From assembly GCF_009914755.1 (NCBI RefSeq), contig NC_060944.1: a DNA stretch of 64,000 bases, one strand, 5' to 3'. This DNA comes from the human T2T-CHM13v2.0 reference genome, Homo sapiens. The position numbers and the translations under genes are program-made. Each line of letters opens with the position of its first letter. Positions within the stretch are counted from its first letter, which is position 1. The notes beneath the pieces were generated by a model that saw only the letters and a program-made list of their open reading frames with translations, did not search any database and was not told the DNA's origin. Positions 1 to 14,985 of the stretch are shown one piece after another.

Positions 1-669
1 TGGGTCTCAAAGGCTTATTATAACTTTTTTTATGCAAACAGAAATTACCCCAGCACATCTGGAGACCAAGCTCCTAAAGCGGGTGTGAGTGCAGCTTGTC
101 ACTGTACCTTCGCAGCACGAGGAGAGGAGAGTTCGAAACCACAAAGCTCTTTCCTTTCTTTCAGGAGAAAGAAAATGGAGGATGGGAACGTCATCAGCCC
201 AGACCAAAGCTGTTCTCAGGCTTAGAATCAGGGAAGGAACGTAATTGCAGAGGGCACACGCTCCTCTAATTTTTTGGAAAGAATCTGAACGCACTGGTGT
301 GTTATTGAGTCCCTGGGGAAGCTGCTGCCCCTCCCCATACCCTCACTCCCTCCACAAGTTCACAGACACCTCGGAGGGAGCCCAGGAAAGGCTGTGAAAG
401 GACCGCACCCAGAGTTGCCTTCCAGAGCCCCTGCTCCCCTCCCAGGCCAGCATACCGAGCCCTCTGAAGGGATCCCACAGCAGCAGCCCAGAAGTCCACA
501 TTTTCATGGAGTTTGTCCACATCCACAGCAAACAGCAGGCAGGCCGGGGATTATATAAGCTAATTACCCCATTCCTTCCCCTCAGTGCAGAAAAGGTCAG
601 GTCCCCACAGCCAGCGGGCAGGCTCAGAGCACAAGTACAGCCCCCACCTCCATCCCCCGCCCCAGGGTG

Positions 670-922
670 TGGGAGGAGAAAGGAGAGAAGGAAAAGAGGG
701 AGGGAGGGAGGGCCAGAGACAGAAAGAGAGGAGAAGGGAAAGAAAAACAGACAAGTAGAGGCAAAAACAAGGGAGAGAGAGAGACAGAAAGGCAGGCAGG
801 CAGAAAAAGAAAAGAAAGGGAGGAAGACATTGAAAGGACAGGAAGACAGAGTGAGCGAGAAACGGGGAACAGGAGGGGATGGGAGGGAAGAAGATTTTCC
901 TTTTTCCTTCCTTTTCTTTCTC
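670..922. repeat. GA-rich low-complexity tract followed by a short pyrimidine tract
   Basis: Purine-dominated 670-893, then ttttcc-rich 895-922. Confidence 0.8.
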
Positions 923-3900
923 TGAACTTCAGCACAGGGAGAATCTGCATTCCCAGGACAGGAGCACCTCCCCCAGCAGCCCTAGTGTGCGCTGAGCAAC
1001 TGGGCAGAACCGGACTGCATGGGTTCAAGTCCCCACTGGCCACCCGCAGCCACTGCATCCCATTATCCCAGGTGAACGGTTTCCTCTTGAGTGATCAGGG
1101 CCTCGTCTGTGTCCTCCCTGTAGTGTGGAGAGGACATGGATGGACTCTGCGTTTATGCCCCGGCAGGCACGCACCATAGGGGCTGTGCCTTGGAGCTTGG
1201 AATAGGGATTCCTCCAACAGCAGCCATCACTTGAGAAGGGGCCACAGCTCCATCTACCCAGGAGAGGGCCAGATTATGCCCATACTGCAGGTTAGCATCT
1301 GTCCCATAGAGAAGGGTCCTGGTGTGGTCACTTGTTCTGTCCCTGGGTGACGGGATGGACAAGGGGGATGGTGGTGATAGTCCCCATGTTAGTCACCAGC
1401 TGGGAGCTGGCTTGGGTTCAGGTCTCACTTCCATCACTAACTTAGGCCGGGCTGGGGCACCAGGTCTTGGCTTGGCTTGCGCCCTGAGTAGAGCTGGTCC
1501 TGACAGCGGAGACCCTGTGCCCAAGTCCCCCCTGGGAAGTCAGTGTCCCCATAAGGGCAGTTGAGTCCAATGTGCAGAGGCCCTGAAGGAGGTGATCGTA
1601 CTTCTATCCCTGGTCCCCCACTCTCCAGCCATGAGTGTTGGGCAGCCCCTGATGGGGCCCTGACCTATAAAATGGGGGTCTCATAGCTGACTTCAAAAGA
1701 CCCTGGGGGGACCCACTCAGATGACTCACAGGGTGGGTTCTCGCAGTGGATGCCAGCTGTCCCCACCATTACCCTTGGAGACCACAGGCCCAATCTGAGG
1801 AGCCTCTTACGAGAGGGGGTCATGAGTCTGGGGCTTACTGGGGCTCTCGAGATACTCATTCCCCACTTTCTTCCAACCCCCTAGAAGCACCTCCAGCCCC
1901 CATGCCACTGGGCTGATGAGAAATTCAGTTCCAGCCAAATGGAGGCTGCTGTTACGCCCGCACCTTCTCAAAGCCCCAGAGGCCTAGCATGGAGCCAAAC
2001 TCTTGGGGAAGCCCCGAACTCTCAGTTCACAATGGTCAGTCATCACTTACAAGAACAGCAAGGGCAACTATTTATTGAGCACTTCTTTTATGCCAGGCAT
2101 TGCTCTAAGTGCTTTATGTGTTTAAATAATCCTGACTGCAGATTACAGAGGGGCACCATTCCTATCGCAGATGAGGCTCGCCTAAGGCCACCAGCAAAGT
2201 GATTCAGCCTACTTCAAACCCTGAGGTGTGGCTCTGGTCCCTAGGCTCTTGATATACATAGACCCTAAGGGTCTCTTGAGGGCAGAGGCCAAGAGGTGGA
2301 GGCAGAGGGGCTTTGGAGAAGCAGGGGCCTGGGCATCCAGGGTCTAGCCTGGCAGGAATTCCTGGCAGCCCTACCAATGCAGACTCTGCCATCTGCCCAG
2401 GAAGCTGTGAGACTGGGCTGTGGCCCCCCCAGCCCTAGGACCCCCTCCCAGCTTGGTGGCTGTTTTTCTCACTATCTCAGCCATGCCCCCCACAAGGCAT
2501 CTTCCTTTTGAAAATAAAAACCAGGAGTGGGCAATTTCAGTCCCCCACTCCATACCACAAAACCCTGATGAAGGAGTTCCACTGCCTTCTGGGAAGAGGA
2601 GAAAGGAAACACACACACACACACAAGAGCAAGTCACAAATTAACATCACAGCACATGAGGTAGGCACACCTGCATTTCTGCAGACACGCCTGGGCTCAG
2701 GAGCCTGCCAAGCCCCAACCAGCCTGTGTCCTGCAGGGATGTATATCCCACTTCCAGCAACAGTAGGGCCCTGACATTTAATCCTGAGGAGGTGACCCCC
2801 ACTGGCATCTCTGAACTGGGCCTTGACAAATAGCAGTCACTTCTGAATCCATTCCCCCAAAAGGTCACCAGCCAGACGCCAACAAAAAACCCAGCCATCG
2901 CTGTCACATGCCGTCAGTCTTCCCCCACCCCCACCTTCTCCCCCATCTGTCTGGCTTGTGGAATCCTGTTCTGGCAGGAAGGTACTAGCCAAGACCCCCA
3001 CCTGCCAGGGCCTGTCACCCTCCTGACTCCCAGAATTCCCTCCTTCCCCCTCACCAAGTGGGGGACTCTCAAGCCTCTGTCCTCACCCCGGGGAGGACCA
3101 CCAGGGTAGTGGGCCCAAACCCTCCCCTGCTGCCTGGGGTCAGACACAACGGGCTTGCCTTGAAGCAGAGGGGCCAAGGGTCCTTCCCTACACCTGGAGA
3201 AACCAAAGTCCCATGACCAAGTGTTGGCCCCATACCCTGGGAAAGAAAACCCTCTGTGAAAGTACAGCAATCCCAGCTCCCTCCCTAGTCTGGGCCCTAA
3301 TCCACCCCAGATACTTCCTCAGTTTGCAACAAAAATCGCTAAGCAGCTCTCACAGGTCTCATCTCCTTCACCAAAGCAGTCCGCCGAGCCTCAGCCACCA
3401 CTACCATGTGGCGCCACGCACAGGGTGCAGGCTGAGAGGTGTGGCTTCTCCACGGATCAACTCGAATCAGCCTCTCAGTCATCGGCTGCATCTTCATCCC
3501 AGAAACCGCCCTTGACCAAGCATCCTGCCAGGAGCTCCCTTTAGCTACATTTTCCCAACTAACGTGTCCAAGTGTGCTTTTATCTGAAAGCCTTACTTTT
3601 TTATGGTTTTCTTTTCAAATTATGAAAATTAATGCATATTTACCTACTGTAGAAAATGAGTGAGACATAAAACACACAAAGAGGAAAGTAGGGTTCCCCT
3701 GCCAGACTTGGCCGGGACTGAGAAAGTGAACTGCCCTCTGTGGGAGTGACTCTTGAAAGCCTTGGGATGTGCTCCTGGCTTCCCCAAACATGCCCACATT
3801 CCATAATATCTAGTTTCCATCTTAAGCCACTGTCCTGGGAGGAATCCAGGCCCCCATCACTTATTCACTCCCTCATTCCAGACCTGGGTTCGAATCCTAG

Positions 3901-4959
3901 CAGCCCCGTGACCACCTCCCCGGCTTCCTCATCACAATATGGGGCTGTTGCAAGGATTTGATGAAGTTCACCCCACAAAGCCCTTTCCACAACGTCTGCC
4001 TACAGTAAGTGCTCAAGAAACAGCACCAATGAATGTTAACATCACCACCATCACAGTGGTATCAAGGGTCTCTGCTTAACAGAGGCATGGTCTGAAGTGA
4101 GGATTTGAGGGCAGGTAGTTTATAGGGGAGGTGGTCCCAGGAAGTCCAAGGAGTAGGCAGGTGAGACTGAGGAGGCTAATCAAGGTGTCGTCAAGGCCAG
4201 CTGCCACATGGGCCCCAGAGGAGAGGTGCTGGACACCCTCAGGGTTATCTCACCTGTGGGGCAAGGGAGCTGGGGTATTTATCCTCCGTTCCCACCATCA
4301 CTGGCTGGGGGCTGCTCTTGGGGGAACTTAGCTTCCTGGCATGTGGGTCCAGACTGGAATGGTGAGTACAGGGAACTGGGCAGAACCAGTGCAGGTGCTG
4401 TTCAGTGCTGGATCTGTGCTTGGAGGTGGGGACACAGACAATTCAGGTTCTAGGCTCTCCAGGGACTCCCCCTGGAGACTGGAAGATGGACCTAGGAGTG
4501 GAGACTCATATTGCTGCAGCCATTCACAAAATGCTTCCTCTTCTCTCCGTATTTCTCCCTCACTCTTCATTGCCACAAACAGGACAGGGGCCCCAGGGGC
4601 AGGGTCATGCACTCCACCCTGGCTCCTGGTCACGCTCCCACCTCGGCAACCCCCCGGAGTTCAGTGGAGACCCTGCATCCTGGGTCCACACCAGCCTTGT
4701 TCACAAGACAAGGTGACAGAGGCCATGCGTTCAGATGTGGAGCAGGGAGACTTGAGTATGACTCGACCTTTTACCTGATGGTCCCGGGACTTCGGGAGGA
4801 GATCTGCCCTGCTGAGCCTCTGCTTCTACATCTGCAAAGTGAGACTTACAGGCTTGGCCGCCTCTTTAGGCTGCGTGAAGAATCTGGAGATACAGGGAAC
4901 ATTCAACACACACTGAGTGCCTGGGTCTGCTCATGGTTTCCCAATTCAGATCCAAGAAA

Positions 4960-5480
4960 AGCACGCTGCTGCCCCGCAAGACCAGAACACAGAGCCCCTC
5001 CCTCCCCAGGAGCCGGACCTGAGCAGCAGGGGGTTAAAGAGCAGTACCCGGGCTGTCCCCGGGTCAGGGTCGTTTGCACGAAGGCAGAGCCGCGGAAGAG
5101 GGAAGGAAATGCCCCGGGTCCCAGGCGGGGCCTCGAGCGTGCCCACGCCGCCCCCTGCTGGCCACGCCTGGAGTTGCAGGAACCGGGCGCCGGGCGGGAC
5201 CTCAGCTGCGGGCTCCGCGCTGCTCCCGCGCCGCGTGGGTGAAGCGCCCTCCCCGGCCACGCACTGGGGTCTCACAGGGGCCAGGCTGAAAAACAATGCA
5301 CGCCTTAAAGGCGGGAGGCTGGCCTGGCGCAGGCTGAGGAACACTGATGAACGACCTCCTGCAAAGGATTGTCCCCAGAGGACAGGGCTAGGGGGAAGCA
5401 GGACGGCGCAGCGTCTACACCCCCGCGCGTGGGTGGCCCCCGGAACTGCCCACACCCCTGGCTCCCGGGTCAGCCGGTCA
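4960..5480. promoter_or_regulatory. Orphan CpG-rich island
   Basis: Local high GC and CpG density outside Alus; no gene recognised nearby in the window. Confidence 0.6.
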
Positions 5481-5504
5481 CTGCCAGATGCACCACCCCC
5501 ACCG

Positions 5505-6230
5505 CCACAGCCAGGAGAGGGGATGACATGGGGTGGGAAATTCAAGGGAGAGCCCAAAAAATCGTTCTTCAAAATAAATCGTATTTTGAAAATTCAAAAT
5601 CAATGCAAGCATATCCAAGAACAAAATATCAAAACTGTAAATGAAGTCAGGATCAGTAGTACTGATTTGTCCTTTTGCCTAGGGCTGCAATACGGCTAGG
5701 CCCAGCGCTGTTATTTATCTGTCATTATTTAAAGCTTTGATATTAAGCCAGTCGAGGTGGCCCACACTTGTAGTCCCAGCACTTTGGGAGGCTGAGCGGG
5801 GAGGATCACTTGAGGCCAGGAGTGGGAGACCAGCCTGGGCAACATGGTGAGAACCCATCTCTACAAAAAATACAAAAATTAGCCAGGTGTGGTGGCCCAC
5901 GGTTGTGGTCCCAGCTACTCAGAAGGCTAAGCAGGAGGATCACCTGAGTCCAGAGAGGTAAGGCTGCAGTGAGCTGTGATCACACCGCCACTGCCCTCCA
6001 GTCTGAGTAACACAGTGTCTCAAAAAAAAAAAAAAAAGAAAAAAGAAAAAAAAAGCTTTAATATTTTGTATATCATGAATTTTTTTGCATTGATTTTGAT
6101 TTTTTCAAAGTCACACTAAAATATCCTCTATCTTGATTACAGGGTTTTGGGAGTTGTGCTTTTTTAGCATTTCCTTAAATTTTGCACCCAAGGCGATGGC
6201 ATCACCTGCCTCACCCTAGCCATGGTCCCT
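5505..6230. mobile_element. MER96B-like hAT-Tip100 MITE interrupted by an Alu
   Basis: Internal inverted arms (aaaatcaatgcaa ~5616 / ttgcattgatttt ~6085); terminus ccttaaattttgcacccaaggc...cctcaccctag. Family name from memory of the consensus. Confidence 0.65.
5746..6052 (+). mobile_element. Alu (AluJ-like)
   Basis: Dimeric Alu with A-tail; TSD aaagctttRatatt (5731-5744 / 6052-6065). Confidence 0.93.
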
Positions 6231-6323
6231 CCCTCCTGCTTCTTTCTGTGGTCTCTCCCCAGGGGCTCTGGATCTCTTAACTCCTCAGGCCTCCCCACCA
6301 GGCAAGGTTCACCACCCCTCCTT

Positions 6324-6832
<509 letters not shown>

Positions 6833-6937
6833 ACCAGCATGCTTTAAGGAGTCGTGGGACCCCTGGAGATGACACAGGAGAGAGAGAGCGGGGCAGGGGA
6901 GAAGGTTGGCCTCACTCACACACCACTGACCCTGGAT

Positions 6938-7760
6938 CAGTCTCCTTGGGCTGCCATAACAAACGATCAGAGACTAGGGGGCTTAAAACAGCACAGATTG
7001 ACTCTCATAGTCTGGAGGCAGAAGTCAAAAGTCAAGGTGTCAGCCGGGCCACGCTCCTTCCAAAGCCTCCAAGGTAGGATCCTTTCTGCCTCTTCCAGTT
7101 TCTGGTGGCTCCAGGCTTTCCTGCAGTGGCTTGTGGCTACATCACTCCCAAACCTGCCTCTGTAGTCACATCAAACTCTCCTCCTCTGACTCCAATCTCC
7201 CTCTGCCTCCCTGTTCTGACACTTGAGATGGCATGACTGCTTACTCTACCTTAGCTGGACCTCATCTTCAAGGGACTACAGAAAAGAACAGGACCCCTGG
7301 GTCTTACCAGCTGAGACTGCTGGAGCTCAGAGGCAGTGCTCTCTCAAATAGGCTGGGGAGCTTCATGACTACCCCCAGCTCCTCTCACCTGTCCTTCCTC
7401 TGCCAATGGAAAACAAAAAGAACTGACCGAGCTGGCCAAAGGAGTTTGGACCATAGGGGATCTTTGGAAGGGTGTAGGGTCTTGCTCTCTCTTGGCACTC
7501 CCTTCTCCTTGTGAGATCTTTTCCTCTTTAGCTGGAATGAGGAATGCAGCGTTCCACTGCCCATCTAGACGGCTTGCTAGGGTCAAAATATAGAAAATAA
7601 AAAGGGGAGATTATCTGCCCTCACCCAGATGATGCTGGATAAATTCCCCATCCCAAGAGCCTTGTTTTAATCATTCATGAAAATACCTTTTTTTCCCAAA
7701 TAAGGTCACATTTACAGGTTCCAGGGATTGGGACCTGATATCTTTGGGGCCCATTTCTCA
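6938..7760 (-). mobile_element. MLT1 LTR split by a ~380-bp insert (7235-7615)
   Basis: gggctgccataacaaac...ggcttaaaacag...tctggaggcagaagtc; the element resumes at cacccagatgatgctggataa...aaataaggtcacatttacaggttccaggg. Confidence 0.7.
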
Positions 7761-8857
7761 GCTTCCCAGGGGCCCTGTGACATGCCAGCTGCTCTCTGGG
7801 ACAGGCGAGGGACAGCCGTTTAAGAGCTCAGCTGCCAGACAGACCTGAGTGCCCCCGCCAGCTCTACCCTCACTTACTGGGACCCTTGAGACAAGTGACA
7901 TCGACTCTTTGAGCCTCAATTTCCTCCCTTCTACAGTGGGGAGCTGGTCATGTCTTATGAACAGTCTTTGGCACCAGAGAGACACTGTGTCAATGCTAGT
8001 GCTGATGACATGATCTCTAGCTGGGGAATCCTGACTGGTGTTGGTCAGACTGCCCTGACCACTCTTTGTGCTGCCCATAGTGAGCTCTGTGGCCTTGAAC
8101 AAATGGCCTTACATCTCTGAGCCTCAGTTGCCTGGTCTGTGAAATGGGGGAATGGCCGTGCCCATCTGACATGTTCATTGGAAGGATTAGATGAGATGGT
8201 GCATGTAGAAAGCTTGGCTCCTTGCAGTGGCTGCCTCCACCTGCCTGTGCCCACTGCCTGCAGGAGGAAGCCAGGGGACGTGGCGGGAGTGCTGGTACCC
8301 GGGCCTCCTGTCCTTCTCGGAGGGCTTGGCTGCCCCAGCTCCCTGCAACCTCAGGTGCCGCTGCATCGTTCAAACACGAGGTGTGTCACATTTTTACATG
8401 GTCAGCTGTCATTTCATGTCATTTCTGGTGACAGGAGCTAACCTCCCAGGACACCTCACTCATGCTCAGTGGTTTATGATCCCCACAGATGGAATTACAG
8501 CTTTATTATGGATAAATGGCCACATATAATCCCATATTTTATTTTTATTTATTATTGCTAATTATATGGGCAAACCCTTGTGACTTAGGGGAACACATAA
8601 ATTATCTCTAAATCATTCCTGCAGAGTTGATTTCCAAAGAAAGGAGAGTTAACAGGCCTATCTGGGCTGGAGGGCGATGTTATATATATATATATGTTTT
8701 ACATATAAATGTATATTTACATAGACGTACCTCATACATATCCATACATGTCAGATATGTATCATATTTATTTTTTTCCCACCACCTTCAGTCTCCCAGG
8801 ATTTGGGGGTCATATTTTCAAAGGAAGACTGTGAAGGACAATTTGAAGGCAATCTGA

Positions 8858-9236
8858 ATTGTTAACCTGGTGAAGCCACAGTCCTCTTATTCACCTGAAC
8901 ACTCATCTAGGTATTGCTGTGATGGTGTTTGGTAGATGTGATTAAAGCCCATGATGTCAAGTAAAGGAGACTATCCGGGATGTCCCAGGTGGACCTGATC
9001 CAATCCATCAGTGGAAAGGATTTAGAACTGGGCTGAGGCTCCCTGCAGAAGAAGAAATTCCTCCTGTGACAGTGGCCTGAGAGGTGCTTGAGAGACCCAA
9101 CCTGTCCTCACCGTCTCTCCATGGATTCCGAACTTGCCTGGCCAGGCCCCACAGTCACCTAAACCAACTCCTCCCAATAAATCCCTCAATATCTTCCTCC
9201 TGCTTGTTTATTCTCTGGTTGAATCCTGACTGATAC
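8858..9236 (+). mobile_element. MLT2-like (ERVL) LTR
   Basis: ggtattgctgtgatggtgttt..tagatgtgattaa; aataaatccct; ends ctgactgataca. Confidence 0.65.
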
Positions 9237-9529
9237 AAGGACCACAGAGAATTACTCCTCATGAAACATGGCCAAGATGCTAATGCTCTAAGAGCTGGCA
9301 CAAAACACCTTAAACGGAATTGTTGGAGTCCTCGGGACCCATACACCCTGGGAGTCCAGGGCAGCCACAGAGAGACTCCAGAGGCCGGCAACATACTGAA
9401 ATGCCCTCAGGAGCCTTTAGTCCACCCTCTCCGGGGAAAACAAGGCTCAGAAAGGGTGCATTACCACCTTGAGACCACCCAGGGACACCCAGGCTGCCTG
9501 TAGCAGCTCCCATTCCCCAGTGACTGCTC

Positions 9530-10000
9530 CAAAGCACCCTCCCTAAGCTGGTGATTATACTGTTAGTGGCTTGAAACAATAGCCTCATGCTTTGTGTGTC
9601 AGAAACCTGGGCAGGGCTCAGCTGGGATGGTTCATCTCTGCTCCACACGGTGTCAGCTGGGGTGACTCAGTTAGGGCTAAAGGATCCGAGATGGCTTCAC
9701 TCTCATGCCTGGTGTCATGGCTGGCGGGGCTGGAAAACTGGGAGCTGGCTGGGCACCCCTCTCTCTCTCCCTGCCCCACAATGACCTCCCAACTATTCCT
9801 CTTTCCATCAGAGTTGTCAGATCTCTTTACATGCCACCTCTAAGAACCCAAAAGAGTAAAGGCAGAAGCTACCAGGCCTCTCACTGCCTAGCCCAAGACT
9901 GGAGTAGTATCAGACAAATCCCAGGCCAGCCCAGAATTAAGGGGAGAGGAAATAGACTCCTCTTCCAATGGGAAGAGTGGCATGTACACACAGGGACAGG
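9530..10000 (-). mobile_element. Old MLT1 LTR fragment
   Basis: ttagtggcttgaaacaat...gggcagggctcagctggga..ggttc...gatggcttcactctcatg. Confidence 0.55.
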
Positions 10001-10017
10001 AGGAATTGTTGGTAGCT

Positions 10018-10519
10018 GTGGGAGGCTACATAATGCCCCCCAAAATGTCTAGGTCCAAATCCCTGTTCCCTGTGAATATGTCACCTTATGTAGCAAAACG
10101 GACTTCACAGATGTGCTTAAGAACCCTGAGATGGAGAGATGATCTGGGTTATCCAGCTGGGCCCTGAATGTTCAAGGGTCTTAACAAGAAGGAGGCAGAG
10201 AGAGATCTCACTACAGAAGGAAGAAGGCAATGTGACAATGGAAGCAGAGAGAGGCTGGAGGATGCTGCTCTGCTGGCCTGGAAGATGGAAGAAGGGGCCA
10301 CGAGCCAAGGAGTACAGGTGGCCTTTGGAAGCTAGAAAAGACAAAGAATCGATTCTCCCCCAGAGCCTCCAGAAGGGATGCAGCCCTGCAGCCACCTTCA
10401 TTTCATTCATGAAACCATTTAGGCCTTCTGGCCTCTAGAACGGGAAGAAAATAAAATATGTGTGCTTTAAGAGACTGAACTGTGGCCATGTGTTACAGCA
10501 GCTGCAGGAGGTGAATGCA
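10018..10519 (+). mobile_element. MLT1 (MLT1D-like) LTR
   Basis: tgtgggaggct..aatgcccccc...gattctcccccagagcctccagaagg...tgttacagcagc. Confidence 0.8.
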
Positions 10520-11648
10520 GCTGCCGTCTCTGCAGACAATCACCATGGGGACTTTCGACCTCCTTGACCACAATGCCCTCAATGCCTGGCACAGGGTGCT
10601 CAATACTTATGTGGGTTGGGGAGAGCCAGCTTCACACCCCCCAGGGCTCTCTCTCCTCCCCATCAGGCTCAGACACAGAAGGCCAGCTGCCTGGAGCTCT
10701 CTGCCACACAAACCCTCCCCTCAGAAGGGACACACCCACCTATCCGTCTCTTGGGCCAGGCCTCCTTCACCTCTTCCTCCCCACCTCCTCCTCCCTACCT
10801 TCCTGGACCCAGGCCTCTCCATTCACCCCTGGGGCAAGCAAAGCCCCAGGCCTCCTCACCTCCAAGTCTTGCCTCTCCCTGGAGAGGGACAAGACCTCTC
10901 ACTTCCCATCTGATTCCGCCTCATTCTAAGGAACCCATGTTTCTCCAGCCAACAAAAAGCAGAAGCTTTGGAGTAGCACAGGCCTCGGATGGAATCCTGC
11001 CTCTGAGATGGGCTTGTTGTGTGAGTATGAGTGAGAGGCTGGATTTCTCAAGCCTCAGTTTGCCATCCCAAAGGTGACTACCCCCCTTGTACTTCCCATG
11101 TGTCTGCATGTGCATCCACGTATGTGTGCATACCTATGTGTGCGTGTGTGCATGTATGCCTGTGTGTGTGTTTGCACCTGTGTGTATATGTGTGTGTGTA
11201 TTTGGGCTGGGGAGTATTAAACTAGATGAGGTGTGGTGAGCAGCTGGTGCACGGCTGTGCAGTGGGCATCTCAGGTGTGGTACATCAACAGCAGCTCCTC
11301 TGACCTCTGTCTCTAAAGCCAGCTCTTCCCACACTCTTCCCAAGCTCAGCACATAGAAGTTTGCTAAGGCTGGGAAACTAGAAGTTATCTCACACCCCAC
11401 ACCCTTCTGGCAAGCAAATCCTCATCAGTTCTGTCTCAAATCTCTCCAGAATCCACAAGCTTCTCACCTGCTCAGAGCCCCAAGAGGAGGGTCCGGGCCA
11501 CCCCACCAGGCAAGCTGCCCAGACCAGCAGAAGTACGGGCCAGAGACAGGGTGTCTAGAGGGGCCGTGGAGGAGGGAGAAGGTCAGTGTCAAGGGGCAGC
11601 CTCAGGGACAACAGCTCCCCTCACCACCCATCTCCCAAGAAAGCCCTA

Positions 11649-11924
<276 letters not shown>

Positions 11925-13225
11925 CTATTGAGTCACTGATGTGTTGGATAGCGTGGAGGTCTCTGGGTAACCGGTGAAAAGTTGAAGTTGAATGAATCAG
12001 AAGGACACTTAAAAAAAAAATAAAAAAACTAAGCAAGCAAGTAATGTTGCAGTTATTAACCCCAGGGAAAACAAAGCTGGGTAGAAAAGCAAGAATTTCA
12101 TAGTTTATGACATGGTCCAGGACATTTACAAAGTAATAATATTGGAAACATGGAATATTGATCTAGGCAACTTTATCTTATGTCATATGGCTCAGAAAGG
12201 AGGGTGGACTTGTGTGGCGAGCACGTGTGTAAGGAAAGAGAGGGAAGCCCTTGTTTCTGAGGAAGGAAGTCCACGGGCAATGCCTGCAGCTGCTCCATCC
12301 AGACGGAGCAGGCCAAGCATGTGGTTTAGGTGCAAAGAAAAAAATGGCTGAGATAATCAAGTCAAAGTGTGGGATCTCCCTGGTCAGGCAGGTGCAATGG
12401 ATACCACCTTTTTTTTCCCTAACAACCTTTATGGAAATATTTGGCTCTAAGCATAGTAATGACTTTGATTAAAACATAAATTTGAAAATAAGAGTCCCAT
12501 TTGGTTCTAAATGGTATTTCATTTAAACTGTGCCAGCACATGGTAAGCACAGAATAAATTAATGAATATTCCATCCAAATCCCTCCTCCCACGCAAAGGC
12601 CAACCTGGGCTCTGGGAGAGTGGAAGGGGGCACGGCCACGCTTGGGCCAGCCCCTCTAGTCCACGCTTTCTCATCCTTCCCACGCTGGAGCCAGTTGACA
12701 TTGGTGAGGGGAAGGCCGGAGCAGCCCACCCTCATGTTGGTGGTGGTGGTCAGCCCCACAGTTTTTCAGTCATTCCAGCTAGTGGCATCTTGCCACACCC
12801 CTGACACACATGCTTCTGTGCCGCACTGCAAGGATTCCTGGTAGGGTGAAATCCCCGATCCCATTGACCTTTCATGACCCAACTCTGGGGGCATGCAAGA
12901 TGAGTGAGCTCCATTCCCCTTTCTCAGGACCATGAGCATCGAGGGGTGGTGATATTGGTCATACCAGGACATTTCTCCCCAGCACTCTCACCTCCACAAG
13001 GGAAGAGAGCCGAATAAACGTCCAACTAGGGAAAGAGAAGTCAGCCTCCCATTTTTTTCAGACGTCCCCAACCTTCCTGGGCTTCTCCTGAGTTGGTCTT
13101 TTTTCTGTAGGAGGAGGAGAACCTATTGAAATTGAATCCCCCAGGGGAAAAAAATGGTATTGAAGCCCTTTACATTACAAAGTTTGTCATAAAATCAGAT
13201 GTCCTCAAAAATATTTTAACAACAT

Positions 13226-13564
<339 letters not shown>

Positions 13565-13711
13565 TTAAAAAGGAGAAGGGTGTTTCAATAAATGCTACTT
13601 TGGGAGGCTTGCCTTGATGTCATCAACAAGAAAGGAGAAAGCAGCCCATTGATTTTGTTATTATCTGGAGGTATCTTCGCATAGCAATTATTGCTTCTCA
13701 TTGTAAACAGG

Positions 13712-14312
13712 TGTGTTAGGCAGAAGGCTAAGGTGAGCCCATGATTCCTGCCTCTGATGTCAGTACCTTTGTATGGCCCTTTCCCTGGAATGTGAATGGA
13801 ATCTGTGACTTGCTTCTAACTGATGGACCGAGGCCAAGGTGAGGGCTATCGTGCCCGTGATTATGTTAAATTATATGGCAAAGGTGAAGGAATTTTGCAG
13901 ATATCATTAAGGTCCCTAATCGGTTGACTTAAAGTTACTTGAAAGGGAGATTATCCCTTGTGGGCCTGACCCACTCTGGTGAGTTCTCTAAAAGAAGATG
14001 AGAAGTGAGAGCCTCTCTCTTGTCCCTCTCTCTGTCTCTTTCCTGCTGGCCTCGTAGAAGCAGCAAGCTGCCCTGGAGTGGATTCTACAGCCACAGGGAA
14101 ATGGATTCTGTCAACAGCTTGAGGGCGCTTGGGAGCAAAGTCTTCCCTCCAGATGAGAACGCAGCTCTACTGACACTTTGTGAGACCCTAGAGGAAAACC
14201 CAGATAAGCTGTGCCCAGACTTCTTACCTAAGAACTGGGAAAGAATAAACAACTATTGTGTTAAGCCACTAATTTTGTGCTAATTTGTTACACTGCAATA
14301 GAAAACTAATGT
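13712..14312 (+). mobile_element. MLT1 (MLT1E/F-like) LTR
   Basis: ctgtgacttgcttctaac...ggcaaaggtgaaggaattttgcagat...ttaagccactaattttgtgctaatttgttac. Confidence 0.75.
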
Positions 14313-14673
14313 AATGAGTCTATTAAAATCTCTTTAAAATGCAATAAAGCAAGTGACTACACTGCGAGATCACTGGCTTACACCTACAGGACAAATGGGG
14401 AGAGCCATCCTAATATGCTGCAAACGTGCCTTACGATGAAATGGGGATTGACAGCCCTATGGGGGGAATTTGGAAAGTGCTGTGTGTCCCACAACTTGGG
14501 TGGGAGTGAAGACACTGAGCTGTGGAAAGCATCACTCAGACATCGAGGGGCTGGTGATGACCAAGAGGCTGGAGGAGGCCCAGCCGAAGAGTTGACATGA
14601 AACTTACTCATGAGATGCGCCAGAGGGAACTGGCCATGTTTTTGATTCACACCTCGTGTTGTATAGTATGTGA

Positions 14674-14966
<293 letters not shown>

Positions 14967-14985
14967 TAGCATGTGATTTTTAAAT

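Noticed and set aside
506-1179. Lys/Arg/Glu-rich ORFs
   Set aside because: Translation of a GA-rich low-complexity tract.
4511-5699. Overlapping 208-260-aa ORFs
   Set aside because: Expected stop depletion in a GC-rich island; no domain or splice support.
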